Sequence record: SRR31156797_4650
Length of the DNA stretch: 64,000 bases
Reading direction: 5' to 3' (one strand)
The translations under genes were made by a program, and so were the position numbers. Position 1 is the stretch's first letter, and every line of letters begins with the position of its first letter. Below, piece after piece: positions 46,563 through 57,121 of this stretch. The notes beneath the pieces are model-generated. The model did not search any database. It was given only the letters and a program-made list of their open reading frames with translations, and was not told the DNA's origin.

Positions 46563-46579
46563 GGTTAAGCGAGTTAACC
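46563..46579. promoter_or_regulatory. Second MarR-type operator just after the stop codon
   Basis: GGTTAA-GCGAG-TTAACC, same GTTAA-N5-TTAAC core as the upstream site. Confidence 0.6.
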
Positions 46580-46878
46580 TTTTTAGCTCATATTCTTAGA
46601 CTCACGCATCAGATGACAACAAAAGAGCAACACCCCAAGAATATAGAAGGAGTACCTTATGATTAGCCACAAACTCTATAGCAAAACAAACGCAAAACCT
46701 TTTGACCTCCAGCTAAAGAGTGACACATGCCCGCATAATGCTGACATTATGAGGTCGGCAAGAAGACAAAGCGGCTCTTGCCACATCAATAGATTGAGAA
46801 TGATTGCCAATCTCGAAGATGAGCCAACCGTGAACACTTTGAATATTGGGCAGAAAATCTACCGCCAAGGAGACCTCT

Positions 46879-49800
46879 ATGCATAGTCTTGGAATCGACA
46901 TTGGGTACGCATCAATCAAGGCAGCGGTATTGGATACCAAAGGAACAATCATTCATACGGAATACATACTTCACAAGGGGCATGTAACCCAAAAGACAAG
47001 GCAACTCCTCAAACGGCTTATCCAATTACCGGAAGTACCCCATATCGCCTATGGTGCGGTTACAGGCAGTGGTAGTGCCATCTTCACAGGTTCTGGGGTG
47101 ATGCTTGAGGTCAACGAAGTTGCCACTCTGGTTGAAGGGGCATTGCGATTAGACAACACTTGCACTTCCATTATCGAAATGGGGGGGCAGACGGCCAAAT
47201 TTATAACCGGATTCACCGCTGAAGATAAAACCGATGTCAAAGTCTCCATGACCTCAAATTGTTCATCAGGGACAGGGTCATTCCTTGAAGAACAGGTTTC
47301 CCGCCTTGGGTTGAGTATAGAAGAATATTCTGCTTTTGCTGCCCAAGCCACCTTTATACCGCGCATAGCTGGACGGTGCAGTGTCTTCGCCAAAACAGAT
47401 ATCATCCACCACCAGCAGGAAGGAGTTGCAGCTTCAGATATCCTGGCCGGATTAGCCCATGCAGTGGTCAAAAACTACCGCAATGCAGTCATGCGAGGAC
47501 TTCCTCGAACCCCTCCCCTATTGTTTGTAGGCGGCGTTTCCTTGAACAGCGCCATAAATGACGCAATATGTTCGGTTCTCGGGCTGACGGCGAAAACGCT
47601 TCGCGTCCATGAGCACTCAAATGTAGCCGGAGCTATCGGAGCAGCGATTCTTGCAGCCAAGGAAAAACTCCCCGTGGACCTATTGTCTATATCCGAGTCA
47701 ATGCACCAGACTGAACCTTTCAATATTTACATGCAGGACACCGTGAACCTTGAACCGCTGTCTGGGTTCGGCACAAACGATTCCTTTGGCAAACATCAAT
47801 GCCATCAGCTGACGGAAGGCGGCCAAACCCCATGCTGGCTCGGTATAGATGTTGGATCCACCAGTACCAATCTGGTTCTCACCGATGCAGCCAACACAAT
47901 CGTTGCCTTCCGCTACTTGAGAACCGCAGGCGATCCCATTCACGCTGTATGCACAGGGCTGGCCGAATTAAAAAAAGAACTCGGTAACAAAATCCGTGTT
48001 GAGGGTGTCGCCACCACAGGATCAGGCCGTTATATGACGGGCCGTCTCGTCGGTGCAGATGTTGTTCGTGACGAAATCACAGCACAAGCCAGAGCAGCAA
48101 CAGCTCTTGACCCGAAGGTGGACACCATCTTTGAAATCGGAGGGCAGGATTCAAAATTCATCGCCCTGAGAGATGGAGCTGTCACTGACTTTCAAATGAA
48201 CAAAATATGTGCTGCCGGCACGGGATCTTTTATTGAAGAACAAGCCAAAAAACTCGGAATTCCGTTGCATGAAATAGGTCCCAGTGCCTTGGCTGCCGAG
48301 TCTCCAATCAGCTTGGGAGAGCGCTGCACTGTTTTCATGGAAAGCAGTATTGCCGCTCACCTTGCTCATGGCGCGAACACCGAGGACCTCTCAGCCGGAC
48401 TCTGCTATTCCATCATCAAAAACTACATGAATCGTGTTGTATCCCAAAAGACTGTGGGGGAAAAAATATTCCTTCAAGGGGGAGTGGCCCACAATCAGGG
48501 CGTCGTGAATGCCTTCCGTGCCGTAACAGGCAAAGAAATCATCGTCCCGCCATTCTTCAGTGTCACCGGAGCATACGGAGCCGCTATTCTGGCCCGAGAA
48601 GCGTTGGCGACTGAAGAAAAAACAGAAACGAAATTCAAAGGATTTTCTCCAAGTTCAAAAGTAGAGGAAATCTCTGTCCCTTCTCAAAGCCAAACCAAAG
48701 CTCTTGAATTCAACCGCAGGGTACAGGAATTTATTTTTGAAGGGTATGAAACTACGATGAATCCCACAAAAAAGACTGTGGGCATTCCACGCGCACTATT
48801 CACATACGGCATGTTTCCACTTTTCTATCCCTTTTTCCGCGCCTTGGACTGCAACGTCTTATTATCCGAACCGACCTCAGAAGAGACCATCCGTCAGGCA
48901 CAGGAATATTCTCTGGATGAAACATGCTACCCGGTTAAACTAATCAATGGACACGCTGCTGAGTTGGTCGAAAAAGGGGTAGACTTTCTTTTCTTCCCAA
49001 ACCTTCACACTGTCTCCCACCCTGGATCAAAAGCCCGACAAAACTATGGTTGCGCATACATGCAACTGGCCTTTGAAGTCATCAACAAGGCTATGGATCT
49101 GAAAAATAAAGGCATTAAGCTATTATCACCGACCATCGCCTTCAACCAAGGGAAAGAATTCATGAACAAGGTCTTCATGGATCTGGGGTGGGAGGTCGGC
49201 GCAAATCAGGAACAGGTCCAGCACGCCCTGCAAACGGCCATGCAATCTTTCAAGGCTTTTGAAGCCAAAGTTGAAGCGCAAGGAAAGGCCCTCGCAGACA
49301 TCCCACAGGACCAAAAAACTTTTGTACTTATATCCAAAATATATGGCGTGGCCGATCCAGTTCTGAATCTCGGCATCGCGGATACGCTTGCACAAATGGG
49401 ATACCAAACTCTACCCTTTTATGATCTGCCAGAGGTAGATATTTTCCACCAGCATCCGAACATGTACTGGCCTTTTGGACAACACATTCTCGCGGCTGCT
49501 GGATTAATCGCCAAACAGGACAACCTTCATGCGATCTTCCTGACACACCATGGTTGCGGACCGGATACTGTACTCGCCCACTACCTTAAGGAAATCATGG
49601 GGGATAAACCGTATTTGACTATCGAGGTAGATGAGCACTCTTCTTCCGTCGGCGTCATTACTCGAGTGGAAGCGTTTGTAAACAGCTTGGACAAAGGGAA
49701 CAACCGGCACGCATCCCTCCCCAAAGAGCCCCTGAAAAAGCTTGATAAAACCGTAGACATTAACTCGGAATTATCTCTCCCAACAGGCAAAATATTACTA

Positions 49801-50868
49801 CCAAACCTGTATCCCTATTCCAACCTCATGTGCGAAATCATGCGCAAAGGCGGATATGATGCAACCCTGATCAAAGAAACCTGTGCGGCCTCTATTGATC
49901 TCGGCCGACAGCATACAACGACCAATGAATACTTCTCCATGTCTACCTTACTGGGCGACTTGTTACACACTTTAAACGACCCCGACAGTACAACACCAGA
50001 TCATCTCTCCGTCATGCTCCCACAAAATGAAGGGGCTGAAGTCGATGGTCAATATGCTCGTTTCATACGCACGAAACTTGATGAGAACGGCTTTAACAAG
50101 GTCAATATCCTAGCACCATTCATGGAAAACCTGTTGGATATGGGAAAACCTCAAGCACAGGCCCTGTTCCTGTGCCTCCTTGCGGGGGATCTAGTCCGTC
50201 TCGCCCCCAGAGAGCATCGGGACTATCTTATTGAAACACTTCAGACCATGGCACATGACGATGAACTCAACCAACAATCACTGGTCTCCATCGCCCATCA
50301 TGTCCAGATTTGGATTGAAAGGCTCAAATACCAAAAACGCATTTTCGCATTGGGCGAACCGTTAGTCCTCTTTAACGACACCTTGAACAACAACACATTC
50401 AAAAGGTTGGAAGACGACGGACACCATGTCGTATTTGCTCCGTTCAGTGAGTATATATGGGGCTTCATGCGAGATACCCTAAAGCACAGCCCCTATCCCA
50501 GAGCACAGCATAGACGAAGCCTGCTACGAGAATTCCAAAGACTCATCCGGGTCATTAGCGAAGCCCTTGGCAAACAAAGTCACTTTGAATCCGATCTGGA
50601 AGCTCTGATGATCAGGGCCAACCACAATCTCGGATATTACGCAGGAGCCTTTGGCCGCTATCGAAGCGTAAAAACCATGGGCAACCTCCCGCAAGTAGAC
50701 GGTGTAATCTCCGTCGCCTCCATGTACGAAAACACGGGAATTTCCCTCGATATTCTTCAGGGGCACGCCAACGGGAAAAAGAAAACACCGACATTGAACC
50801 TGACTTTTGACGGAAACAAAAACGAAAACGATCGAATCAAAACAGACTCGTTTATCTACTACTTATAA
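46879..50868 (+). CDS. Acyl-CoA dehydratase activase-related protein: two BadF/BcrA ASKHA ATPase domains plus DUF2229-like region
   Basis: LGIDIG...MGGQTAK...NCSSGTGSFLEEQ...GRCSVFA repeated as LGIDVGST...IGGQDSK...ICAAGTGSFIEEQ...ERCTVF; VGIPRAL, CYPVK, HGCGPD, EVDEHS. Confidence 0.9.
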   Translation: MHSLGIDIGYASIKAAVLDTKGTIIHTEYILHKGHVTQKTRQLLKRLIQLPEVPHIAYGAVTGSGSAIFTGSGVMLEVNEVATLVEGALRLDNTCTSIIEMGGQTAKFITGFTAEDKTDVKVSMTSNCSSGTGSFLEEQVSRLGLSIEEYSAFAAQATFIPRIAGRCSVFAKTDIIHHQQEGVAASDILAGLAHAVVKNYRNAVMRGLPRTPPLLFVGGVSLNSAINDAICSVLGLTAKTLRVHEHSNVAGAIGAAILAAKEKLPVDLLSISESMHQTEPFNIYMQDTVNLEPLSGFGTNDSFGKHQCHQLTEGGQTPCWLGIDVGSTSTNLVLTDAANTIVAFRYLRTAGDPIHAVCTGLAELKKELGNKIRVEGVATTGSGRYMTGRLVGADVVRDEITAQARAATALDPKVDTIFEIGGQDSKFIALRDGAVTDFQMNKICAAGTGSFIEEQAKKLGIPLHEIGPSALAAESPISLGERCTVFMESSIAAHLAHGANTEDLSAGLCYSIIKNYMNRVVSQKTVGEKIFLQGGVAHNQGVVNAFRAVTGKEIIVPPFFSVTGAYGAAILAREALATEEKTETKFKGFSPSSKVEEISVPSQSQTKALEFNRRVQEFIFEGYETTMNPTKKTVGIPRALFTYGMFPLFYPFFRALDCNVLLSEPTSEETIRQAQEYSLDETCYPVKLINGHAAELVEKGVDFLFFPNLHTVSHPGSKARQNYGCAYMQLAFEVINKAMDLKNKGIKLLSPTIAFNQGKEFMNKVFMDLGWEVGANQEQVQHALQTAMQSFKAFEAKVEAQGKALADIPQDQKTFVLISKIYGVADPVLNLGIADTLAQMGYQTLPFYDLPEVDIFHQHPNMYWPFGQHILAAAGLIAKQDNLHAIFLTHHGCGPDTVLAHYLKEIMGDKPYLTIEVDEHSSSVGVITRVEAFVNSLDKGNNRHASLPKEPLKKLDKTVDINSELSLPTGKILLPNLYPYSNLMCEIMRKGGYDATLIKETCAASIDLGRQHTTTNEYFSMSTLLGDLLHTLNDPDSTTPDHLSVMLPQNEGAEVDGQYARFIRTKLDENGFNKVNILAPFMENLLDMGKPQAQALFLCLLAGDLVRLAPREHRDYLIETLQTMAHDDELNQQSLVSIAHHVQIWIERLKYQKRIFALGEPLVLFNDTLNNNTFKRLEDDGHHVVFAPFSEYIWGFMRDTLKHSPYPRAQHRRSLLREFQRLIRVISEALGKQSHFESDLEALMIRANHNLGYYAGAFGRYRSVKTMGNLPQVDGVISVASMYENTGISLDILQGHANGKKKTPTLNLTFDGNKNENDRIKTDSFIYYL

Positions 50869-50977
50869 GGCAACAAGCCTCCTCTCCAACTCAGGCGGTT
50901 GTTGGCCACAGACAATTTTGGACAACAACCGCCGCTTTGAGGACGCCCTTATCAACCATACAAATCGAGGAAAAATC

Positions 50978-51538
50978 ATGCCCCATGTACTCAACGTATA
51001 TTCTTCTCTCAACGGACAAACTGAAAAGGTAAGCCGTGAGATCGAACGCGCCTGCACAGATAAAGGATGTTCCGTGGATTCGATCAACATTCACAACAAT
51101 GAAAAGGTCCTCTCATTGTTGGAACCGGACATCACGTTCATAGGTTCAGGAATATACACATGGCTACCAAGCAAGAAAATGCTCAAATGGATCGAACGAC
51201 AATTAGACCACGCTCGTACAAAAGGGCTTATCCTTCCCGGATCGCCACGTCTTTCAGGCAAATTTGCCTGCGTTTACTGCACATATGCAGGCCCACACAC
51301 AGGTGAGGCAGAGGCTATTCCTGCTCTGAAATACATGGGCCAGTTGTTCGACCATCTAGGTATCTCCGTTGCCGCCGAATGGAGCATCCCCGGCGCTTTC
51401 GTCCCTGAAAAAATGCAGGGAATGAATACATCAGGACGACTCGGCGACATAACGGGCCGCCCCAACAAGAACGATTTGAAGACAGTGTATGAAGGGACTG
51501 TCGGGATGATCAATTCCCTTTTTCCATCAACAACATAA
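50978..51538 (+). CDS. Flavodoxin-fold protein
   Basis: VYSSLNGQTEKV FMN-binding loop, FIGSGIY, YCTYAGPHTG; GAGG SD before ATG 50978. Confidence 0.75.
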   Translation: MPHVLNVYSSLNGQTEKVSREIERACTDKGCSVDSINIHNNEKVLSLLEPDITFIGSGIYTWLPSKKMLKWIERQLDHARTKGLILPGSPRLSGKFACVYCTYAGPHTGEAEAIPALKYMGQLFDHLGISVAAEWSIPGAFVPEKMQGMNTSGRLGDITGRPNKNDLKTVYEGTVGMINSLFPSTT

Positions 51539-51586
51539 CAAATACTCTGGATGACCAGAAATTCCATATTAAGGAGAAAACACACT

Positions 51587-52180
51587 ATGTCTGAAGTGCA
51601 CAAGTCACATTGTCGAGGCGAACAAACAAACGCCAGAGGATATGGTCCGACCAGCCTATGGCTCCATGAGCCGGAAACATTGATCGACCAACTCAATCTT
51701 TATCAGGGCATGGTCCTGTTGGATGCAGGATGCGGGGCCGGAGAATATTCCCTGCTGGCAGCGCCGCAAGTGGGAGACAAAGGGCAAGTCATCGCTTTGG
51801 ACACCACACCACTTTCAATAGAAAAACTCGCTATGACATCCAAAAGAGAAGGTATAACCAACGTACGAGGTCATGTCTGCGATATCACTGGGCACCTCCC
51901 CTTAGCTTCCAGAAGTGTGGACCTGATATTGTTGAGCACCGTGCTTCATATCCGTGCCGTACGCGATCGAGCTTCGAACATGTTCCATGAGTTTCGACGA
52001 GTGCTACGCCCCGAAGGGAAAGTTGCCGTCATCGAGTGCAAAAAAGAAGAAACTAATTTCGGCCCCCCTCTTCACTCTCGACTTGCCCCAAAGGAGGTCG
52101 AAGCCTTGGCGGCCTCAAGCGGCTTGCAAAAAACATCATTGGTCCTTTTCGACCACACTTACTTGCTCAATCTCGCATAG
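51587..52180 (+). CDS. Class I SAM-dependent methyltransferase
   Basis: LLDAGCGAG, VIALD, SVDLI, RVLRPEG; AAGGAG SD. Confidence 0.88.
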   Translation: MSEVHKSHCRGEQTNARGYGPTSLWLHEPETLIDQLNLYQGMVLLDAGCGAGEYSLLAAPQVGDKGQVIALDTTPLSIEKLAMTSKREGITNVRGHVCDITGHLPLASRSVDLILLSTVLHIRAVRDRASNMFHEFRRVLRPEGKVAVIECKKEETNFGPPLHSRLAPKEVEALAASSGLQKTSLVLFDHTYLLNLA

Positions 52181-52253
52181 ACACAAAATATTCGACGCTT
52201 ACCCACCCTGCTTCCATTTCAATTCAAGGAAACGTAGGCTTATGGGGAAATAA

Positions 52254-52302
52254 AAAGGAGGAAGACAAGTGGGATCTAGCACCCCACTCGTCTTCCTCCT
52301 TT
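52254..52302. terminator. Bidirectional terminator between convergent operons
   Basis: AAAGGAGGAAGAC.AGTGGG/CCCACT.GTCTTCCTCCTTT long stem. Confidence 0.75.
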
Positions 52303-52325
52303 CATTCTAAATCAAAACGCCCCAT

Positions 52326-53636
52326 CTACCTTCTTGGCACTTCCTCCAAAGGACTCCCAACAACCTTTGCAAAAGCGGCATGTTGCCCCCCTTTCCGCGA
52401 CAGCCAAAGCGCAGTCTCTGCGATGATAAAGCCAACAACCATAAGACCGGTCAACAACGTATAAAGGAAAGGGAATCCGCTGATATCACCTAATTTCCCC
52501 GTCAACGGTGCAGCGGCGAGTGGAACCAGAATAAACAGACTGCTCAGCACAGCAAATCCGGTGCCCGAATTGCGTCCAACGCTGACACGCATCATTAATG
52601 TAAAGCCCCATACATTGATGCCTCCCATAAGGATATTATCAACAGATAAAATAACACCAGCTTCCCAAAGAGTAACAACACCGGCTAAAGACAAACGAAC
52701 AGCGTAAACCGCAAGCAAAATAGTACCGACACAAAACAACCGAAGAAAGGCGCGAGGGCCAAAACGGTTAAGAAACCACGCCGTGGCAACGGTTCCAGCT
52801 ATCCCCAAAGGGACCGCGTAATGCATCATGATTTTGCCCAAAGTGACAGAATTCAATCCGAGATCCACAAACAACGGAGCGCGCATCTGGATGCTGCTAA
52901 AAGCAAAGGCCGTCGGAGCAATGAGGACAGGCAATAGCCAGAGGACATCCCTTCTGCGCAAAAAAGCCCGAACTCCGGCAGGCTGTTCCTTTTGTTTCGA
53001 GTATTTACGATAAACCGGTAAAATTTCCCTATGAAACAATACAGGAAGGCTGAACAAAAACACCACGATAGACAGAACAATGCACAAGGCCTTCCACCCC
53101 AAAGAATGATGTAAGGTAAGCATCAATCCACCACCGAGAAACAACCCAACATACCGCGCTCCTGCCTGAATTGTATTACCCCATGAACGCTCATGTTCTT
53201 CCAGTATATCCGAGGCATAGCCGTCCACGGCAATATCATTTGTTGCCATCACGGTATTCAACAGCAACAACACCAGAAACATTGAATTATAGGCCGTGTC
53301 CGGCGGGGTCTGCGCAGCAACCAACAAAAGAATTGCAGCGAACCATTGCAAAGGGAATATCCACGAGCGCCGACGTCCCAGAATAGGAATGTAATGATGA
53401 TCTACCCAAGAGGCGTAAAGGAACTTGAAAGCCCATGGAAGATGCAGGATAAAAAGCCCACCGATACGGACCAGAGACACATTGTCTTCACGCATGATCA
53501 CCGGCAGGCTGCCAAAGATATACCCCAAGGGGATAGCTTGGCAAAAATACATGGTGGCCAGCAAAAACATCTTGTGGGCCGTATGAAACTTCGGTCCACT
53601 AAACAGCTTAGTCATATTAATTCTATCCCGACTCAC
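52326..53636 (-). CDS. AmpG/RhtX/FptX-like MFS transporter (siderophore permease type)
   Basis: YFCQAIPLG, LPWAFKFLYASWVD, GRRRSWI, ATNDIAVDGY; start uncertain (53636 or 53615). Confidence 0.82.
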   Translation of the reverse strand: MSRDRINMTKLFSGPKFHTAHKMFLLATMYFCQAIPLGYIFGSLPVIMREDNVSLVRIGGLFILHLPWAFKFLYASWVDHHYIPILGRRRSWIFPLQWFAAILLLVAAQTPPDTAYNSMFLVLLLLNTVMATNDIAVDGYASDILEEHERSWGNTIQAGARYVGLFLGGGLMLTLHHSLGWKALCIVLSIVVFLFSLPVLFHREILPVYRKYSKQKEQPAGVRAFLRRRDVLWLLPVLIAPTAFAFSSIQMRAPLFVDLGLNSVTLGKIMMHYAVPLGIAGTVATAWFLNRFGPRAFLRLFCVGTILLAVYAVRLSLAGVVTLWEAGVILSVDNILMGGINVWGFTLMMRVSVGRNSGTGFAVLSSLFILVPLAAAPLTGKLGDISGFPFLYTLLTGLMVVGFIIAETALWLSRKGGQHAAFAKVVGSPLEEVPRR

Positions 53637-53641
53637 GCCCG

Positions 53642-55780
53642 TTAAAAGGTATAATCCACCGAGATTCCGAAAGTCCGAGGCTTACCATCTTCTGCCAAGC
53701 CTGCCGTGGTATTTTCAAACGCCACATACTGACGATCAAGCAGGTTCTTGGCCCATAGGCTGCATTCCAATTGTTTCCACCGGGCACCCAAGCGCATATT
53801 CACCAGTTCATACGCTTCCTGTTTGACGGTATTGGCGTTGTCAAAATACTGAGGTCCGACGCCACTCACTCCGACACGTCCAAACAAATCCCAATCAACA
53901 GCGACCTGTTCACGATAATCCAACGCCACTTCGTAGGAATATTCCGGGACACAAAAAACCCGTTTACCGGCATAGTCCACACCGAGAATTTCATCTTCGT
54001 ACTCATCAAAACGTGCGTCGATCCAAGAAGCATTTCCGCTCAAAGTAAATGATGGGGCTAATTTGAAACGGCTTTCCAATTCAAGCCCAGCCCGATGGGA
54101 CTTACCAGCGTTCGCCAGATATCCCTGTTTGACCGAGACCTCAAATAATGGAAGTTGCTCGTTGTCGATGGTCGTATAAAATGCCGAAAGGTTAACCATC
54201 AATCGCTTATCAAGCGCAAAGGACTTCACACCAATTTCATAGAGCCAGCTTTCTTCTTCGCCGTAAGCTTCATCTCCAGCCGGAGCAGAAGCATCGTTAA
54301 ACCCGCCATTCTTGTGCGCCTTAGCCACAGCAGCATATGTCATGACATCTTCGGAGAAATGCCAGGCAAGAGACAACTTAGGGAGCAAAGCCGTATAATC
54401 TTCCTCCCGATCAAAGGCAGAAACCACTGTTGACGTCCCATCTGCCTGAACATTCGTCCGCGTTGAATCCCCTTCCGCATGCTCGTATTCACCACGCAAG
54501 CCCAAAGTCAGATCCAATTTGGAAAACAACGTATATGTCCCTTCTCCAAACAACGCGCATCCGGTATTCTGGCGATCCGTATCAAATTGCACCATCATTC
54601 CGGGACTTGGCGCGTCAGCGCCAAAGAGGTTGCCAACCCTGGTTTCGGAGTCCAGATGAAAAAGATACAATCCGGCAATCCATTTCAATGGCCCATTCCC
54701 GTCCGGTGATGTCATGCGAAACTCCTGAGAAAAATCCTTGTCCACCTGACGGTAGCTCTTTCGCATGAAATCCAGTGGAGAAAAATCGGCATCAATCCAT
54801 TCGGAACTATCGTAGCCTCTGTATCCAGTGATTGACTGAACCGTGCCAAGGGCCGTTGTCCACTTCGAATCCAAACCGGCACCCCAAAAATCAACATCCT
54901 GACTGCCTTCAAAATCGTGAGAATAGTGATATTCGTCATCAGCAGGGAAAATATTCCCTTGGACATAGGCGTTCCGTTCGGTCCGTCGGCAGGGAAACGC
55001 TCCGTCGTCACGATGCTGGGCATCCAAAGACAACGTCATGTCCCAATCCTCGGAAGGCAAATAACGCAACTTCACACGCCCGGCCTTGCCTTCTTTGCTG
55101 CGGCCATCATCTCCGCCGGTATCGACATCATTTTCCATGAAGCCTTCTTCGACGTCACCTAACCCATAAAGTCCCAGAAAGAGCTTGTCTTCAATCAGGG
55201 GGCCACTGACGTTGGCTCGCAACTCCTTGGCTCCCAAATTGCCAAACGTGGTTCCTATAGTGGACGTAAATTCATTGCCTGGCTGGGCTGTATAAATATT
55301 GATAACGCCGCCGGTTGTATTTCGCCCGTACAAGGTCCCTTGCGCTCCCCTGAGCACCTCGATGCGATCCACATCAAAAAGAGGAAAACCAAACATGTAC
55401 GACTTCGAATAACTGACGCCATCTACATTGAATCCAGTGCCGGGGCCTTCTCCAGGCAGGCTCTTGATACCGCGCAAGAAAAGTAGTCCATGCCTGCTGC
55501 TCCCGAAATCATGAAATTCTAAATTGGGTACATGCTCGGCGAGATCACTCATATCGGCGATGCCCATTTCCCGAATATCATTCTGCTCCAAAACAGTAAT
55601 ACTGGCAGGCACATTCTGAGCTTCTTCGGACCGTTTTTCCGCTTTGACTACAACCGGCTCCAAAAGCAGTTCATTACTGACAGTTTTTTCATCTCCAGAA
55701 GCGGCCCACGCTTCTGGGCAAATCCCCATTATAAAAACAGAAAATACAAAACTCCATATAACTACACGCATTTCATCCAC
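53642..55780 (-). CDS. TonB-dependent receptor, FyuA/FptA-like siderophore type
   Basis: VVVKAEKR, VPASITV, RIEVLRGAQGTLYGRNTTGGVINI; C-terminal PRTFGISVDYTF. Confidence 0.92.
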   Translation of the reverse strand: MDEMRVVIWSFVFSVFIMGICPEAWAASGDEKTVSNELLLEPVVVKAEKRSEEAQNVPASITVLEQNDIREMGIADMSDLAEHVPNLEFHDFGSSRHGLLFLRGIKSLPGEGPGTGFNVDGVSYSKSYMFGFPLFDVDRIEVLRGAQGTLYGRNTTGGVINIYTAQPGNEFTSTIGTTFGNLGAKELRANVSGPLIEDKLFLGLYGLGDVEEGFMENDVDTGGDDGRSKEGKAGRVKLRYLPSEDWDMTLSLDAQHRDDGAFPCRRTERNAYVQGNIFPADDEYHYSHDFEGSQDVDFWGAGLDSKWTTALGTVQSITGYRGYDSSEWIDADFSPLDFMRKSYRQVDKDFSQEFRMTSPDGNGPLKWIAGLYLFHLDSETRVGNLFGADAPSPGMMVQFDTDRQNTGCALFGEGTYTLFSKLDLTLGLRGEYEHAEGDSTRTNVQADGTSTVVSAFDREEDYTALLPKLSLAWHFSEDVMTYAAVAKAHKNGGFNDASAPAGDEAYGEEESWLYEIGVKSFALDKRLMVNLSAFYTTIDNEQLPLFEVSVKQGYLANAGKSHRAGLELESRFKLAPSFTLSGNASWIDARFDEYEDEILGVDYAGKRVFCVPEYSYEVALDYREQVAVDWDLFGRVGVSGVGPQYFDNANTVKQEAYELVNMRLGARWKQLECSLWAKNLLDRQYVAFENTTAGLAEDGKPRTFGISVDYTF

Positions 55781-55969
55781 TCTCTTCTTTCAAAATCCAC
55801 AGGCCGTGTCATGACGGCAGAACTCTTTAGCCACGTTGGGATAGCGACTAAGATTGTAGGAAAGCAGAGCTATGAATTTCTACTCGAAGAACAAGTTTTA
55901 TTGCCCCAACAACAAAACAGATCCAATCGATGCGTAAAGACTTTAAACGAAGGACGGAATTCCCTGCTG

Positions 55970-56980
55970 CTAAAAAGTATGGAGATGTTCACGAAGAGAT
56001 TTAAGATAGGCTTTCGGCAATACGCCAAAACGTTTTTTATATGCTGCGGAAAAATGGCTCAAATTGGTGTATCCGATATCCCAAGCCACCTGACTGACAT
56101 TCATATTTCCTTCGGCAAAAAACAACTTGGCTCTTTGCAGACGATACTCTTTGACAAAGGCAAAGACGGACATACCGAAAAGGGTCTTGAACCCAGCTTG
56201 TACGGTTGCAATGGGCATATGATATTGCGCTGAAATCTCGGAAAGAGTCGGTGGTGATGCGTAATTTTTCTCCAGCTCTTCGCGAACGGCATGCAAGACA
56301 TCCCGCAACCGGGGACACACAGACGGCACCGCGCTCATGCCTGGTGAATCTGTAAGAGCAAGCGCCAACAGTTCGAGGACCTTGCCCTCTATATACATCT
56401 TGATATCGGAACGATTTTTAATGCTATAAAACAACTCATTGGCTACCGCTTGCACAAGAGCTGTCTGTCGACGCTGATGCACAAAAGCACCGTTTCTTTT
56501 GTTTTCCAAGACCTTAAGCAAACAGGGTGAGACTCGCTCCAAATCCCATCCAAGCATCTCTCCAAGAGTGGAAGGCAATACATGCAAATGCATGACACGC
56601 GTTTTCTTCCGGGCAGGCAAATGAAACGAGCCATTCATTTCCGATACGTACCCTACACCGTACTCCCCTGCTCGATTTTCGAATTCAACGGGACCTCGAG
56701 CCAACGAATTCACTGTGTTGACAAATGTTCCTTCCAAAAAAAAACCAAAATCAATCAAGGCATTGTCTTTGCCAAACTCCAATGAAAAATCATGAGACAA
56801 CGATGCGTCAAAGACACTGACAAATAAACCTTCGCTCAATTGTTCTTCCTGCCACAAACGCCCAAACCATGCCTTTTTATCTTCAATATTCAAGGTCGGA
56901 AAATTCCGCACCAACGTGGACGACGCAACGCTGGTTGAAGAACACGAACTGCTGGAAACCTGGTCGGCATTTGAAAACAA
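55970..56980 (-). CDS. AraC-family regulator, PchR/YbtA-like
   Basis: YIEGKVLELL, PPTLSEIS, GFKTLFGMSVF..., NVSQVAWDIGYTNLSHFSAAYKKRFG; TTG start at 56980 chosen from the AGGAG SD. Confidence 0.88.
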   Translation of the reverse strand: MFSNADQVSSSSCSSTSVASSTLVRNFPTLNIEDKKAWFGRLWQEEQLSEGLFVSVFDASLSHDFSLEFGKDNALIDFGFFLEGTFVNTVNSLARGPVEFENRAGEYGVGYVSEMNGSFHLPARKKTRVMHLHVLPSTLGEMLGWDLERVSPCLLKVLENKRNGAFVHQRRQTALVQAVANELFYSIKNRSDIKMYIEGKVLELLALALTDSPGMSAVPSVCPRLRDVLHAVREELEKNYASPPTLSEISAQYHMPIATVQAGFKTLFGMSVFAFVKEYRLQRAKLFFAEGNMNVSQVAWDIGYTNLSHFSAAYKKRFGVLPKAYLKSLREHLHTF

Positions 56981-57001
56981 AAGAAAGGCTCCTGTTGTAA
57001 A

Positions 57002-57021
57002 GATTTTGATTTTCATTATCA
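57002..57021 (-). promoter_or_regulatory. Fur box upstream of the AraC gene
   Basis: Minus strand GATAATGAAAATCAAAATC, 16/19 match to GATAATGATAATCATTATC. Confidence 0.75.
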
Positions 57022-57121
57022 ATTAAGACGTAAATAAAAAAACAGTCATTTTCTGTCAACCAGAAAGAGCTGTTCCCCTGTATGAACGCGCCCTTCTGGT
57101 ACAAGAAGGACGCGTTTGCCA

